From assembly GCA_013265495.1 (NCBI GenBank), contig MU057744.1:1887524-1951523 (forward strand): a stretch of 64,000 nucleotides of DNA. Direction: 5' to 3'. Under the pieces are notes generated by a model. The model was given only the letters and a program-made list of their open reading frames with translations, did no database searches and was not told the origin of the DNA. Source of the stretch: Vicugna vicugna (lineage: Eukaryota). This document shows, in pieces, positions 41,746 to 53,653 of this stretch. Each line of letters opens with the position of its first letter. Position 1 is the first letter of the stretch. Position numbers and translations under genes: made by a program.

Positions 41746-42468
41746 GGAAGTACAGTGTTCAGTTGCCTAGAAATTACTAATTAATGTAGAATTACATGTT
41801 GAAATTTTTTCTAATACTTACAATTAATCTCTTTTTCTTCTTGAAATTCCAAGCACCATTAGCTAAACAGATAGCTTGCTTGCAACATTTACTGCAACGT
41901 CTGAATTCTCGTTTGTCCCCGTCTAACAGAACAATTATATGTTTTAACATTTTTGCAAAATTGAATTCTTTTTCTCACTCCTAGTAATGTGTTCATGAAG
42001 ACTCGTCATCTCTCCATCCGGTTATGTTACAAAACAGTTGACTTTTCTTTAGGATTTTCTTTAGCTGCTCTAACGCACAATAAAATTGAGTATATAAACA
42101 AGCATAGGTGAATTTTTCTGAGTAGAGAGAAAATATGTTTTGGCACCATATCCAAATTCTGTAAAGGATGCAGAATGGTTTTATATAGAGTGGTTTTCTA
42201 TTTCTTTGAGTTTAGAGATGACATAGCTTCTAAAGTGCACATTATTGGGAAAATACTATATTTTTACTAAAGAACATAATGTAACATCTGAAACTATTTC
42301 AGACTGAGCATTTGGTAGCTTTTAGGATGTGGGTTTGTCTATAAGAATTGTGGGGTCCCCTTGGAATTGAAAGTCTAGAAGTCTTCAGCTAAAAGGTGCA
42401 GCTGCTGAACACTGTGTGTCTGAGGGCAGTTGGGGTCTGAGTGTGTGCGCCTTTGTGTCCTCCCTCAG

Positions 42469-42581
42469 GTGGAGCATCCGCAGAGATCCAAGAAGGCCGT
42501 GTGGCACAAGCTGCTCTCCAAGCAGAGGAAGCGGGCGGTGGTGGCCTGCTTCCGGATGGCCCCCTTGTACAACCTGCCGAG
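42469..42581 (+). CDS. RYR2: RYR2 exon ~76 (113 nt) [37 protein letters not shown](R); calmodulin-binding helix
   Basis: ctcag acceptor, AG|gtcaga donor; canonical RyR CaM-binding motif. Confidence 0.97.
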
Positions 42582-44962
42582 GTCAGAGTCCCTCTGCTGT
42601 TTGTGGTGCAGCTGCTCTGCCCCTAGCCAGTGACAGGACTCTGGCCCACCTCGGCATGAGCACAGCGGTCCGAGGGGTGGAGGAGACCTGCTGGCTCTTC
42701 CGTGTGGCACTTGGGTTTTCTTCTTGGGTCTTCTTGTTGGTCTGTAATGTCATTGCCAAATGCCTTTGAAACGCTGAGGCAGCTCTGCACACACACATGA
42801 GGCAGGAGAGAGACTAGGGACACATTCTTCAGGGGCCACTGCCTCCGTTCGACCCCTCACCTCCCAGCTTAGAGATGCACGAGCTTGGTCGAGTTTCTTG
42901 CCTGACTTTGTTACAGGTTTCTCTGTACCGTAAGATCTGCCCCCTCAGGTTGTTCAGAATGTTCAGTGGGCTGAGGTATACAGCGAGCTTAGAGCGGAAC
43001 GCGACGCAGTAGACGTTCCTCACCGTTGGTTATTTCTGTGAGGATTAGCCTTGGGGGAAAAGAACCTGCAAGGAACTAAGTCACGGGAATAACGCCAGTC
43101 CGTTTGGCAGCCCCACCGGCCTTGTAGACGTGCAGCAGGCGTGCTTGTTAACAGGGAAGTGACCGGTGCACTGAAGTCCAGCCCATGGCGCCACCCCCGC
43201 CTGCCTGTGGCGCTCCTGAGAGACTGCGCCTTCCTGCTCTGAGCGTTATGCACGTGGCGTCCGCCCCGTGTCTGGCCCACGGCTCAGCCCGGCTGCATCT
43301 CTTTTAGAGCATCTCTGCCCGGGCCACGCCCTCCTACTTCTTGCGCAGGAATGCTTCCTCCTCTGTTCCTGGGACACTTTTATGCACCTCCAGTTGTGTG
43401 CACTTCCTGTAGGGTTAGAGCTGTTTGTGTCCCTGATTCAGACTTCGAGACCCTTCAGAGCTGTGTTCAGTTTCAAACTCTCAGTAGCCAGAACTTCGCT
43501 GCCTTTCAGTAAGTGTTTGAATGAATGAATAATATGTCAGGGAGTTAAAAAACAAAACCAGAACACCAAAAAAATCCCCACCCCACCCCCACCACCAACA
43601 AAGCAAAATGAACAAAACGTCACACCTTCCCCGCCCCCTAAGGCAGGTGCGTTCCTTGCCATCTCCTCACTCACTGAGTAGAAAATACATTAAACTTCCT
43701 CCTCAGCCAATGTGCTGCTCCTCAGTCCTCTGACTCAGTCACGGCGTCACAGTTTACTCAAGTAGAACACTGGCCTTGAATTCCTGTTCTCAGTCTTCTT
43801 CTGGTCCCTCCTACCCAGCCCTCCTCCGGGTGCCGTCAGATGCGCTCTGACCCGTCCCGCACCGCCGCCCTTCCCTCACCGGCCCCGCTCGCGTTCACTG
43901 TGCCGCCTGCTCACGGCACGTGGGTGCAGCGGATTGTGAGTGTGTTTCTACCGTGTCACAAGTCTGCGGCCCACTCTCTCCAGTGTGACGTACTCAAAAT
44001 CGTATCCCTTGTTCCAGGGCTTTTAGGAAATACACTCAGGCATCATTTGAGAAATATCTAAGCCTCAGCCCATTGAATCGGACTTTCTCCGAGGGCTTAG
44101 CACGGGCCCTGTTTCAGGGCCGCACAGGTGATTATGCTGCACCACTGAGGTCGAGCATCTGCCCGCACACGGATCTCTGGTGGGTTCTGGCCGCTCCAGC
44201 CGCATCGTCAGTTCCTCTCCCCGGTGTCAAGGCCCTTCGTAAACCTGCCTGACCTGACGCCCGTGAGCCCTCGGCCCACCTTGGTATCATTCAGCGCCCC
44301 TTGCCCTGCGGTGCCGGCTGGTTCTAACACTCCGACGCTCTCGTATCAGGTCCCCTTGTTGCCACGACTTCCTCTGCCCTCTCTTCAGGGGGGCCTCCCC
44401 CGCTTCTCTCGTCGGCCGCACGGTCGGTTTACGTGCTCGTGGTCTTCGCTGGTCTCTCCCCGCAGGCAGCCGCGTGTCGTCAGCGCTGCAGGGCGTGGTC
44501 TTGGAGTGCAGGCCCCCCCCCATGCAGTCCGCTGAACACGCGGTGCTCCACAGTCCTCGGGGCCCGTCTCTGCCGAGAGCTGGAACACGGTGGCGCATCC
44601 TCTCTTGATGTTTATCACATGGTTGATCCTGAGTCAACCTTATGCCGTAAGAGCTGCCGCTTCGTGAGCACCCATCCCACGTGCTCTCCATTCTTGGCCT
44701 CAGTTTGAGTCCCACAGAACTTAAACTCGAGGGCGTTACCCTAATTCTGTAAGTGACAGAAGTGAAAGCTGACAGAGTCGGATGACTACTAGACCCAGGT
44801 CGGCATGTGGCCGACACGTCTTGCCTCCCCAGTCGAGAGTAGGAAGCCTGTTTATTTTATTCTTTTAGCGCACAGGTAATCCAGAGATAGATAAAGCACT
44901 ACTGAAAACCCTTTCCGTTAATTTTTTCAAACTCTTTGTTTGAATCTGTGCTTATCTTTTAG

Positions 44963-45059
44963 GCATCGAGCTGTCAATCTCTTTCTTCAGGGATATGAGA
45001 AGTCTTGGATTGAAACAGAAGAGCATTACTTTGAAGATAAACTGATAGAAGACTTGGCG
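44963..45059 (+). CDS. RYR2: RYR2 exon ~77 (97 nt) HRAVNLFLQGYEKSWIETEEHYFEDKLIEDLA
   Basis: tttag acceptor, GCG|gtgcgt donor. Confidence 0.96.
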
Positions 45060-46602
45060 GTGCGTTCTTGGTGGGGTTGGGAGGCGAAGGCGGGCCTGGC
45101 CTGGAGGGTGACGGTGGTGCGAGCAGCTGTAGCAGGGGGAGACCCCGGGCGTGGACTGGCCCTAGGAGACTTCATTCTCGGTCTTACTGCGCTCAGGGTG
45201 GAGGGCCGCTCTCACTCGCCTTGTTTCAGAGAGCTCTCACCAATGCCAGGCAGCTCAGGAGCTAACTCTTTTCTTCTAAATTCTTGCTCAAAGCACCTTC
45301 AAATGCCTCAGAACCAGGATAGAACTCTAAAAGCTGAACCATAAAGAGTAAGCCGCAGGTTGCACGAGCCAGTGAGAAGGAGCTGGTGTTTAAACAATGC
45401 AGGGCAGAGAGCGCGAGACCGGGCACAGGAGGAGCCCAGGTCGCGGTGAGCGTCGCGGGGGCGGCTGGGCTTGGGCCCGGCCACCCCGACGAGGGGGCTT
45501 GTGTTCCTGGCAGCGCTTTGCTCGGGGGCCCTCGTCCTATGTTTTCACAGGCTGTGGGCCTGTTAAAAACCTGACAAAAAGCCAACTTCTCAGGAACGTT
45601 CGCAAGCACGCAGTCCTGCAGAATTTTGCAGACCAGTTAAAGGCTTCATGACTCCCAACTCAAAGACCTCTTGTCTAAAAGTTTCTGTTGTTTTTTTTTT
45701 TTAACTCACAGATTATCAGGGAACATAGAGGGTAAACAGATCTAGTTCATTATACCTTAACGCTGGTTACCTCCATGTATTTTTAATGAATTTCATTTGT
45801 CTTCAGAATCAGCCCGCCCGTAGAGCAGTAGATACCTTGTAGGCGTCTTCCGAGTACCTGCAACATTAAACCTTAAATCTGGGAAAGGAGACCGTTTCTG
45901 TAGAGAGACAGTCACTGTGAATGGGTGAGTCTCATGGAGACACAGAACTCATTCAATCACTCACTAGAAAGTCAGGGTTAGTTAATTCTACAGGGAGTAA
46001 AATGCTGAATAATTTTCCTCATGGTGTAAGTTCTATCCAACAGAATGAAATCTTTTCTAAGTTTTAGCAGTAACCAAATATGAGGGAAGTTAATGTGGAA
46101 GTGGTTCAAACATTAACTCCATCAGCATTTTTTGCTTATCTTTGTCTGTGTAGGCAAAGAAAGTGTTTCATTGGATAATCAATTTGCATTGCTATGTGAG
46201 CTAAATTTTTATGCTTGGAGTGACATGCAGCTTTATTGCAGGTCTCTGTAAACCGAGCGCTCCCTGCAGCTGACATCCACGTAGCAGATGGACTTCCAGT
46301 TACGAATCTGCTCCTAAGAGCAGCGTTCAGAATTTTTAAATGATGTAACTCATTCTTGCCCGTTGTGTTTTTTGGTCCTATTATTAAACTGCTTTTTTTT
46401 TTTTTAAAGCTGCATGCTTTGGCATTGATAATACAACACACACATATGTGCAGGTCCAACACATGATGCATACACACACACCACAGCAGGAAGAGAAGGG
46501 CCTGGTTTTGAATACTTGTTGCTCCTGGCCGTCGTGCTGCTCCTGGGTCTGGGGGAGCATTTCACCTAAATGTGAAATTTATGAATTTGACTTTCTTTGT
46601 AG

Positions 46603-46706
46603 AAACCTGGAGCAGAGCCTCCGGAGGAAGATGAAGGCACTAAGAGAGTCGATCCTCTGCACCAGCTGATCCTTCTGTTCAGTCGAACGGCTCTGACGGA
46701 GAAATG
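46603..46706 (+). CDS. RYR2: RYR2 exon ~78 (104 nt) KPGAEPPEEDEGTKRVDPLHQLILLFSRTALTEK(C)
   Basis: tgtag acceptor, TG|gtatgg donor. Confidence 0.96.
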
Positions 46707-48250
46707 GTATGGCGGGGAGGGTTCTCAGGAGGCGTAGGAGGAACAGAGCCCCCACGTCTGCGTGTCCTGTGTGTCGCACGCTCACACGTCGCGATTGCAT
46801 CTCGTTCTTGGTAGGAGAGAGGGTTGTTCAAAGACGTGACCAGCCTGGCATCCACCTGTGAACCAGAACCATTCCATTCCGGCTTTGACACATACCTATC
46901 AAGTAGTTACGTAGCTCTGGTCTTTCTTAACGGCTCTGTAATTAGCTGGTTGAGTTGATTCTGAATCTTCTTGTAAAATGCTTCTCCCCTCTATCACAAA
47001 CAGTCTTGATAAAACAAAACCGAAGAACCCAAAGCAAATGCCAGTGCCAAAAATGCTGAGAGGACACGAGGGACCCTAAATTTCCTGGGTAGACTCTGTC
47101 TCTGTTATGCAGTGAGTCTTGGGAAACCTTAGGAGACAAGTGAGCCATCATCTCAGTGGGTGGGGTGGAGGGTGTCTATTCTAAGGGCATTCTCCGTTTC
47201 TCTTGGCTCCTGTGGTCTGGCTCACGTGAATTCACCAAAGCCACAAAGGGCAAACCTCTCTGGAGTTAAATGAGAAATGCACTCGTAGACCGATAAGCCA
47301 GTTGTGCTCTGCACCTGCGGCTTCCAGGGACACCGCATAGCTTAACTTTGCAGATGAGAAGACGTGTCAGGGGCTCTGACGCCTCCATCTGCTTCCCTGC
47401 CATGGGGGGAAAGCCTGCTTTGCCCCAGGCCCCCCTCGTCTTCTGCAGAAGCGGGGAGAACATTTAATTGTCATTCCGCATCCACGGGAGTTGAAGAGCT
47501 CGCTTGACCTCCAGGCACGTGCTGTGCGTGTACATGTCTCCCTCTTAGCCAGCGTGCTCACCCTTCTCTCCCTCTCTCCTGCTCTTATTATTTCCTAACT
47601 ACAAAGCCATCTCACCCCTAAGCAGAGAGCAGCCCTCTGTCTGGCACGGCCACATAATGAGGTGTTTCTCATAAGTGGTCTTTCCGAGGGCTGAAGTTTA
47701 ACTGCTGAGATGACTTGGCAAACATCAGGTATTTTTTTGATGGGCCTTTCTTCATGAGTTAACAGTTTCCACACTTTTTAAAAAGAGGATAATAAACGTA
47801 CTTTAACCTTTCTTAGTTTTTAAGAATCACTCTGACCGCTGTATTGTTTAACTACAGAGCAGCGCAGCGGTTTGGGGAGTCTTTCCAGCAAACGTCAGGT
47901 ATCACTTCTGCTGTCGGGAGCCTCTGTCTCGTTGAGATGTGCTTGTCTCAGCTTTTGTAGTTCCAAGAAAATGACAGCTGTCGCATTTGTGTGTAAGTCA
48001 GGATAGACCATCTGTCTCTCGAGACCTGGGCCTCTTCTGTAAGGAAGAGTGGGGCCGCTGTTTAGGAAGCCAGAGGTCTTTGCTTCTTATTCTGCAGTAT
48101 TCTTGAATGATTCCTTTGCCTAAGTTTGTGTTTGTTTTCCTTTAAAAAGAGATACTTGTTGAAAAGCAAAGATTATTTCATACAGTGGTGGTACTTTTGC
48201 GTATGACTAGCCTTCTACTTCAAAACTGATTTTTTTCTTGTTTTTCATAG

Positions 48251-48302
48251 CAAACTGGAAGAAGATTTTTTATATATGGCTTATGCAGATATTATGGCAA
48301 AG
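48251..48302 (+). CDS. RYR2: RYR2 exon ~79 (52 nt) (C)KLEEDFLYMAYADIMAK
   Basis: catag acceptor, AAG|gtaaat donor. Confidence 0.96.
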
Positions 48303-48539
48303 GTAAATAAATATCTTGATTCTAATATTTAGTTTTTATAAAGGGAAATCATTTTCATCTGGCAAAGCATAAGAATCTATGTATTTCTGGATTAAGATTA
48401 AATATTAAGTTTTAGAAACTTTAAGGGACACTAATCTGAACATCCCCTTGTTTTATAAGTATCTGTTCTGACTTTGTTGACAGGTTATTATTCTTTCTTC
48501 CTTTAGCATTTTACTTATGGGGGACTCACTAATTTTCCA

Positions 48540-48790
48540 AACATTCATTCATTCAACAAATACTCATGAGCATCACAGTATTGGAGACACATGGTGAGTG
48601 AGACAGACACACATGCTGCCTGAGTGGAGTCTGTCATCTGATGGAGAAGACGAATCTTGACAGACTATCATAGAAAGCCCTGCCTGACAAGCCCAGTGCA
48701 GAGGAACTGTCAGGAATATTGGGAGCAGGTCGCACAGCTGGCTTAGTCTCAGTTCAAGGGAGTCCTCCACTGTGGAGTGACTGTTGCAGG
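48540..48790 (-). mobile_element. L2 3' end
   Basis: cattcattcattcaacaaatactcatgagca, an antisense L2 tail. Confidence 0.6.
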
Positions 48791-50719
48791 GTGACCACGT
48801 GAAAACTGTAAGAGCTGGTGTTCACTGTGTGCTTATTTCATTTAATCCCATAACAGAAGAAAGGCTTGAGGGAGGAGGATGAAAGAGGAGTCCGGTCTCC
48901 CTGAAGCCGCTGGCTCGGGCACAGGGCACACGGTGGCACCAGAGGCTGGGATGGGAAACCCCTGGACAATTGCACGCCTAGAGTGAAGAGGAAGGGTGGC
49001 AGGTTAGACTGTGGACACGGCGGTGAGGTGGCTGGGCGGAGACCTCAGACGTGTGAAAGGAGGGTCGTGTCCGACACCCACACCTCCCGGCAGGCTTGTG
49101 AGTAGGTTGGGATCCATCAGCACAGGAGAGAAGTGAAGGCAGAAGATGGCTCAGCCAGGCAGGGAGGGCAGCACAGGGAGCAGGAGGCCCAGGGCCTGTT
49201 CCTCCCAGGCCTCCAAAGACGGGGATGCTAAGAGATGTTAGAAGAAAAAGACCCTTCTCCACAAAAAACAGGAGAAACCTTACATGTGAGCATGTATAAG
49301 GCCCCTGGGAGTGTGTGGTCAACAAAATCATACTCTGCTGAGGGGCTGAACACAGTAAGGACTGAAAACTCTCCAGGATTTATCGCATTTGTCGGGTGAC
49401 GGTGGCGAGCACGGCGGCAGAGGGTGAGGAGATGGAGCAGTAGAGGTGCAGGTGCGGGCGGGGCCGGTGTGGCCTGGACGTCTCCACTGAGAAGACCAGG
49501 AGTGCGGCTGGGACGGGGGTGGGACATGTCTAGATGGGGTTGTGAGGTTGGCGGGAGATTGTTTTTTGCTTCTTTGCCATTTTTTACCTTTTTTTTTTTT
49601 TTTTAAAGAGAGGCTTGAGTATGCTTCTATTCTGGGCCGAAGGACCCAAAAGAACAGACAAAGGAATAGTTTGAGGAGTGAAGCCTTGAGTGGGTGGGAG
49701 CAGAGGGGCTGGCCAGATTACAGAGCATAAGCGGAAAGGCCTGGCTCTCCAGCCCCTTTGGAACCATGGCCCGCAGTGAGAGACGCCTTTGCCCAGCGTG
49801 TTTACAGAGAGACCAAAGCAGATACCCTGGGAAGAAAGCTCCCATGAAATCGCACCTGCGCCACGGGCGGTGTGGGCTGATACTGTCTGTTCTAAGTTAA
49901 AAAGTTGCTTGAGATCATAACTCACTAAGCAGATTTACGTCCAGTTAATGGGTTGAAAACCATAGTTTAAAGAACATGGATGGAGAGATAAGAAGGATAT
50001 TTCCTTCTGCGGAAATTGGCCTGGAGGGAAATACTGCGCAGGTAATCTTAAGGAGCAGGGCAGCCATAATTCCTCCGTACCCGACTTTAGAGGTACGGTA
50101 TTCATGGAGGGTTACAGACTTGCCTTCCAGATATGGTTTGTTAAAGTTCTCATGGGTTTTTATTTTCAAAGTGCTGGTTAACTGACGACACGGGAGTCAA
50201 GGTGACCTTGGCATATAGCAGACAAGCTCCTGTGTTCTGACGGACAGTTAACATCTTGGTTTCTGTGGTGGAACCCACTCTTTAGCAACCTGTCCGTGCA
50301 GTGAAGTTGTCATGGGGCTGTTTTCTCCTTCGCAAACCGCGTGCACATTCTCCTGAAGTGGAAAGGGTGATGCCCGGTGCGTATCTGTTGAATGAATGAA
50401 GGAACGGAACATACCTTGTAGAATTTATCACTGAGTTGGGGGAAGGATGACATTTTGTACCCTCGCTCCCATTCCCACTTCAGAGTACCCTGAATCATCG
50501 AGTCAGAAGTACTTTCCTGACTTGTAACTTACATCTAACCACTTCCTCCGTGAGCTTCACTGCTGCACTGAGTGTCCCAGCCGTAACAGTCCCTGAGAAG
50601 GGCTGGAATCATCGAACTTCGCAGAGCAGCGGCTTCTTCCTGCCACAGGCACCGCTCGCTGAGCAGCTTCCTTTGGTCAGCGTGGTGCTTCTAGTGCCGA
50701 GCCACGATGAGAACAGCAG

Positions 50720-50910
50720 TCGAGGTTTATTACAGGTTACTGTTTCTCAGACACTGTGCCAAAGTGGCCAGCACTTCACATGCATTAATTCACGTGGTCC
50801 TCTCAGGACCGGCTTCCCTTCTTAGTATTGTCCATTTTACATACGAGGGGTGGAGACCCAGAGAGAGAAAGGAACGTGCCCTGGGCCAAACAGCCAGTAA
50901 TTGGCAGGCG
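50720..50910 (-). mobile_element. MIR SINE
   Basis: agcacttcacatgcattaattca...tccattttacatacgagg...cacagcc-like antisense MIR motifs. Confidence 0.55.
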
Positions 50911-51581
50911 CTCTGCAGCCTCAGGCCGTGTTCCTCATCCGCTCAGCTCTGCTTCATCCGGCAAGGTCTTCAGCTGCGGGGATCAGATCACAGTGCCTCA
51001 CGAGACCTTCGCCATGTCTGGGAAAATGACTCAAAATAATGAATTGTCAGTGTTACCACTTTGGTAGAAAAGAGTAATATTCGTAGCCGGTGGGATTTCG
51101 CTTTCCTCCCTTAGACTAAATACAATAAAAAACTGAACTTACCAAAAAAAAAAGATGACAAGATTCACTTCAATTAATGGACACTGCTTTCCATTAATTT
51201 TATTCATGGTTATTTACTGTATCTGTATTAATGCCTTATAAAGGCAGCATAATAAAGAGAAAACAGTGATCCTTGTCTTTAAGGCTTGTGATTTGGTTTG
51301 AGCAAGGAAAGCGCATGAGTGAGCAGCACGCGCAGCACGACACGGACCTCGTGGATGTCCCCGTGATGTGCGGAAACTGGTAACTTAGCATAAGCACAGC
51401 ACAGGGTTCCTTTCGGTCACAATCTCGTCAGTCATGTCGTCTAAGCTTATTGTGTGTGTATTTAAACAATATTGGTGAGAAATTAGCACAAGTAATTGGT
51501 GTCCCTTGCTCAGTGACCTTGCACTTCCTGCCTCAGCCTGTCCTAACCCTGTTGACCTTTCTTGTGTTCCTGGCACATCAG

Positions 51582-51635
51582 AGCTGTCATGACGAGGAGG
51601 AGGATGACGGCGAAGAGGAGGTGAAGAGCTTTGAA
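51582..51635 (+). CDS. RYR2: RYR2 exon ~80 (54 nt) SCHDEEEDDGEEEVKSFE
   Basis: atcag acceptor, GAA|gtaaga donor. Confidence 0.96.
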
Positions 51636-52381
51636 GTAAGATGGCCTTTTCCCACGCCCGTCCCTGTCACCTGGAAACATTGTCTCATAGCTTCTAACTG
51701 ACATTTATGTTTCTTGCTTCATGGCTTACTGCAGCTTATTGTGTCAAGGAACTGCATGTCACAAGCTGGATGGACGAATCTGAGTCCTCACGTTTGCTGA
51801 AGTTAAGACCGAGGGACGTAGAGTAGTTAAAGAAGCAGGTGAAACCCATATGTTCAGGATGAGTGTTCCCGGGAGCCTCGGAGACGAGGCTGCTTCTGTC
51901 CTCAGCTCAGTGCGTGTCGTGCTCGGAAATTCCCAGCAGACACGGGAGAAAAATAGTTCCTGAAAAGCAACACGACGTCCAGGGTTTAATTAAACCCTCG
52001 GTCTGATGTCTTTTCCTGACTCGAAGAAGTCTTAACGATTTGGCCTCTTGCCTTCCGCCCGGTTGGGCCACTCATCCCCTGCACATATGTCGACGGGCAC
52101 CAGGGCTGCCTGCTCGCGTGAGGCAGGGCGCGGTAACCGAGGGCTGCCTTCTAGTGCACCAGTGTTTCCTCAGGTGGCCTCAGTTTAAATTTCCACGAAA
52201 TTTGAAATACTGCTCAATATTAATTAGCCAAAGGGAAAGTAAATACTATTTTCCCCTTTTGATTAGACTAGACTTTTGCTTTTTATAAGAGAGACAAGTT
52301 GTTGCTAATTACCACTCCATACTTATTGGTTCTTCTTTTCTTTTTCCTTTTTTTCTTTTTTTTTCTTTTTGAATTTTTCAG

Positions 52382-52402
52382 AAAGAAATTCAATGGAAGG
52401 AG
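52382..52402 (+). CDS. Candidate 21-nt in-frame microexon KEIQWKE
   Basis: About 80 nt AG-free pyrimidine-rich stretch, ttttcag acceptor, GAG|gtagat donor, phase 0/0. No transcript evidence available. Confidence 0.35.
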
Positions 52403-52887
52403 GTAGATTAGACATTTCTTTTCTTCTGTTAATTTACATGTCAGCTTTGGAAAGCTAGAAGTCTAGAAATGTATTAGTAGGCAGCAGTAAGTCTTTAATT
52501 ACAGTGGACCCACCGAGAAGCGTAGGTGAGGAGTAGACATGGAGTCGTGCTCCTTTCAGGGACAGTCTGATGTGAGCATCTCTGAAGCGCTGAAGTCGCT
52601 GTGTGAAAAAACCTCAAAATGAACTAATTTGAGAATAACCCATGAGTATCGCTGACTGAGAAAAATGCCGTGAGGTTAATTTCCTGTGTGAACTCTAATC
52701 TTTTCTAATGTATGTGTATTCTATTCTCAAATCCATCATTATTGCTGAGAAACTGAGCCAAGTTAGAATGAGCTGTGAGCAGCAAGCGATACTGTCTTCC
52801 TGAAGTGCACACCATTTGTGGCCTGTTGGTTGTGTTCCGAGCAGTTGTTTATTGCTCTTTTGCTTCTTGTCCTCATTCTTTCTGAAG

Positions 52888-52911
52888 GTCACAGGATCGC
52901 AGCGCAGCAAG
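52888..52911 (+). CDS. RYR2: RYR2 24-nt alternative cassette exon VTGSQRSK
   Basis: Pyrimidine tract + gaag acceptor, AAG|gtaaaa donor, phase 0/0. Peptide is identical to the known RyR2 24-bp splice insert between SFE and EKEMEK. Confidence 0.93.
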
Positions 52912-53460
52912 GTAAAACGATACGTATGTGTGTATTTGTCTGGGTCTGAGTTTTAGCTTCTCGTGACATTTACCTTTGTTAGACCCAACGTCTTCGATTC
53001 TTTTGTTTAAAAGAAAAATCAATCTCTCTACCAGTTTGCAGCTCCAGCGCAATTGGTCTCTTCAGTGTCCCTTCCTTGACACAGATTTGTTGTTCTTTAG
53101 TTTACCTGACTCACGATCTGACACTTTACCCTCTGTGCTAACTCTGAGCTGCCCACGGCCCTGGGATGAGAGTCCACCCTTCAGTGATTTAGCTTTAGCT
53201 GTTGACTTCGGTGCCGCGTTCCGGCCTCACCCTCTTGAGGGTCCTCCTGCCGGGCTCATTTCCTGGAGGGCGCTGCGACGTGGCGCTGCTCGTGAGGGGC
53301 AGTAAGTCTGCTCTCCCGCCGAGCCCGGCACACCTGCAGTTGGCATCTAGAGATGCTGCTCACTCTGTGTCTCTTTATAGGGAGAACTAGGGGAGCCTTC
53401 CTCGCTCTTAACACTCTAAACAGCTACGTCTCAGGGAAATTTGCTAGGACAAAACATTCT

Positions 53461-53653
53461 TTTTTTTTTACATTTTTTATTGAGTTATAGTCATTTTACA
53501 ATGTTGTGTCAAATTCCAGTGTAGAGCACAATTTTTCAGTTAATACCTGAAGATACATATATTCATTGTCACATTTTTTTTCACTGTGAGCTACCACATG
53601 ATCTTGTATATATTTCCCTGTGCTATACAGTATGATCTTGTTCATCTGTTCTA
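53461..53653 (-). mobile_element. Young 5'-truncated L1 3' end (camelid-type) with target-site duplication
   Basis: T-tail followed by an L1 3'UTR-like sequence (ttttattgagttatagtcattttacaatgttgtgtc...tttccctgtgctatacagta). Flanked by taggacaaaacattct (53445-53460) and taggacaaacattct (53654-53668). Confidence 0.8.

Noticed and set aside
41750..41755. Canonical GT donor (GAA|gtacag) for exon 75
   Set aside because: Would give a 40-nt exon that frameshifts exon 76, and matches the donor consensus poorly beyond GT
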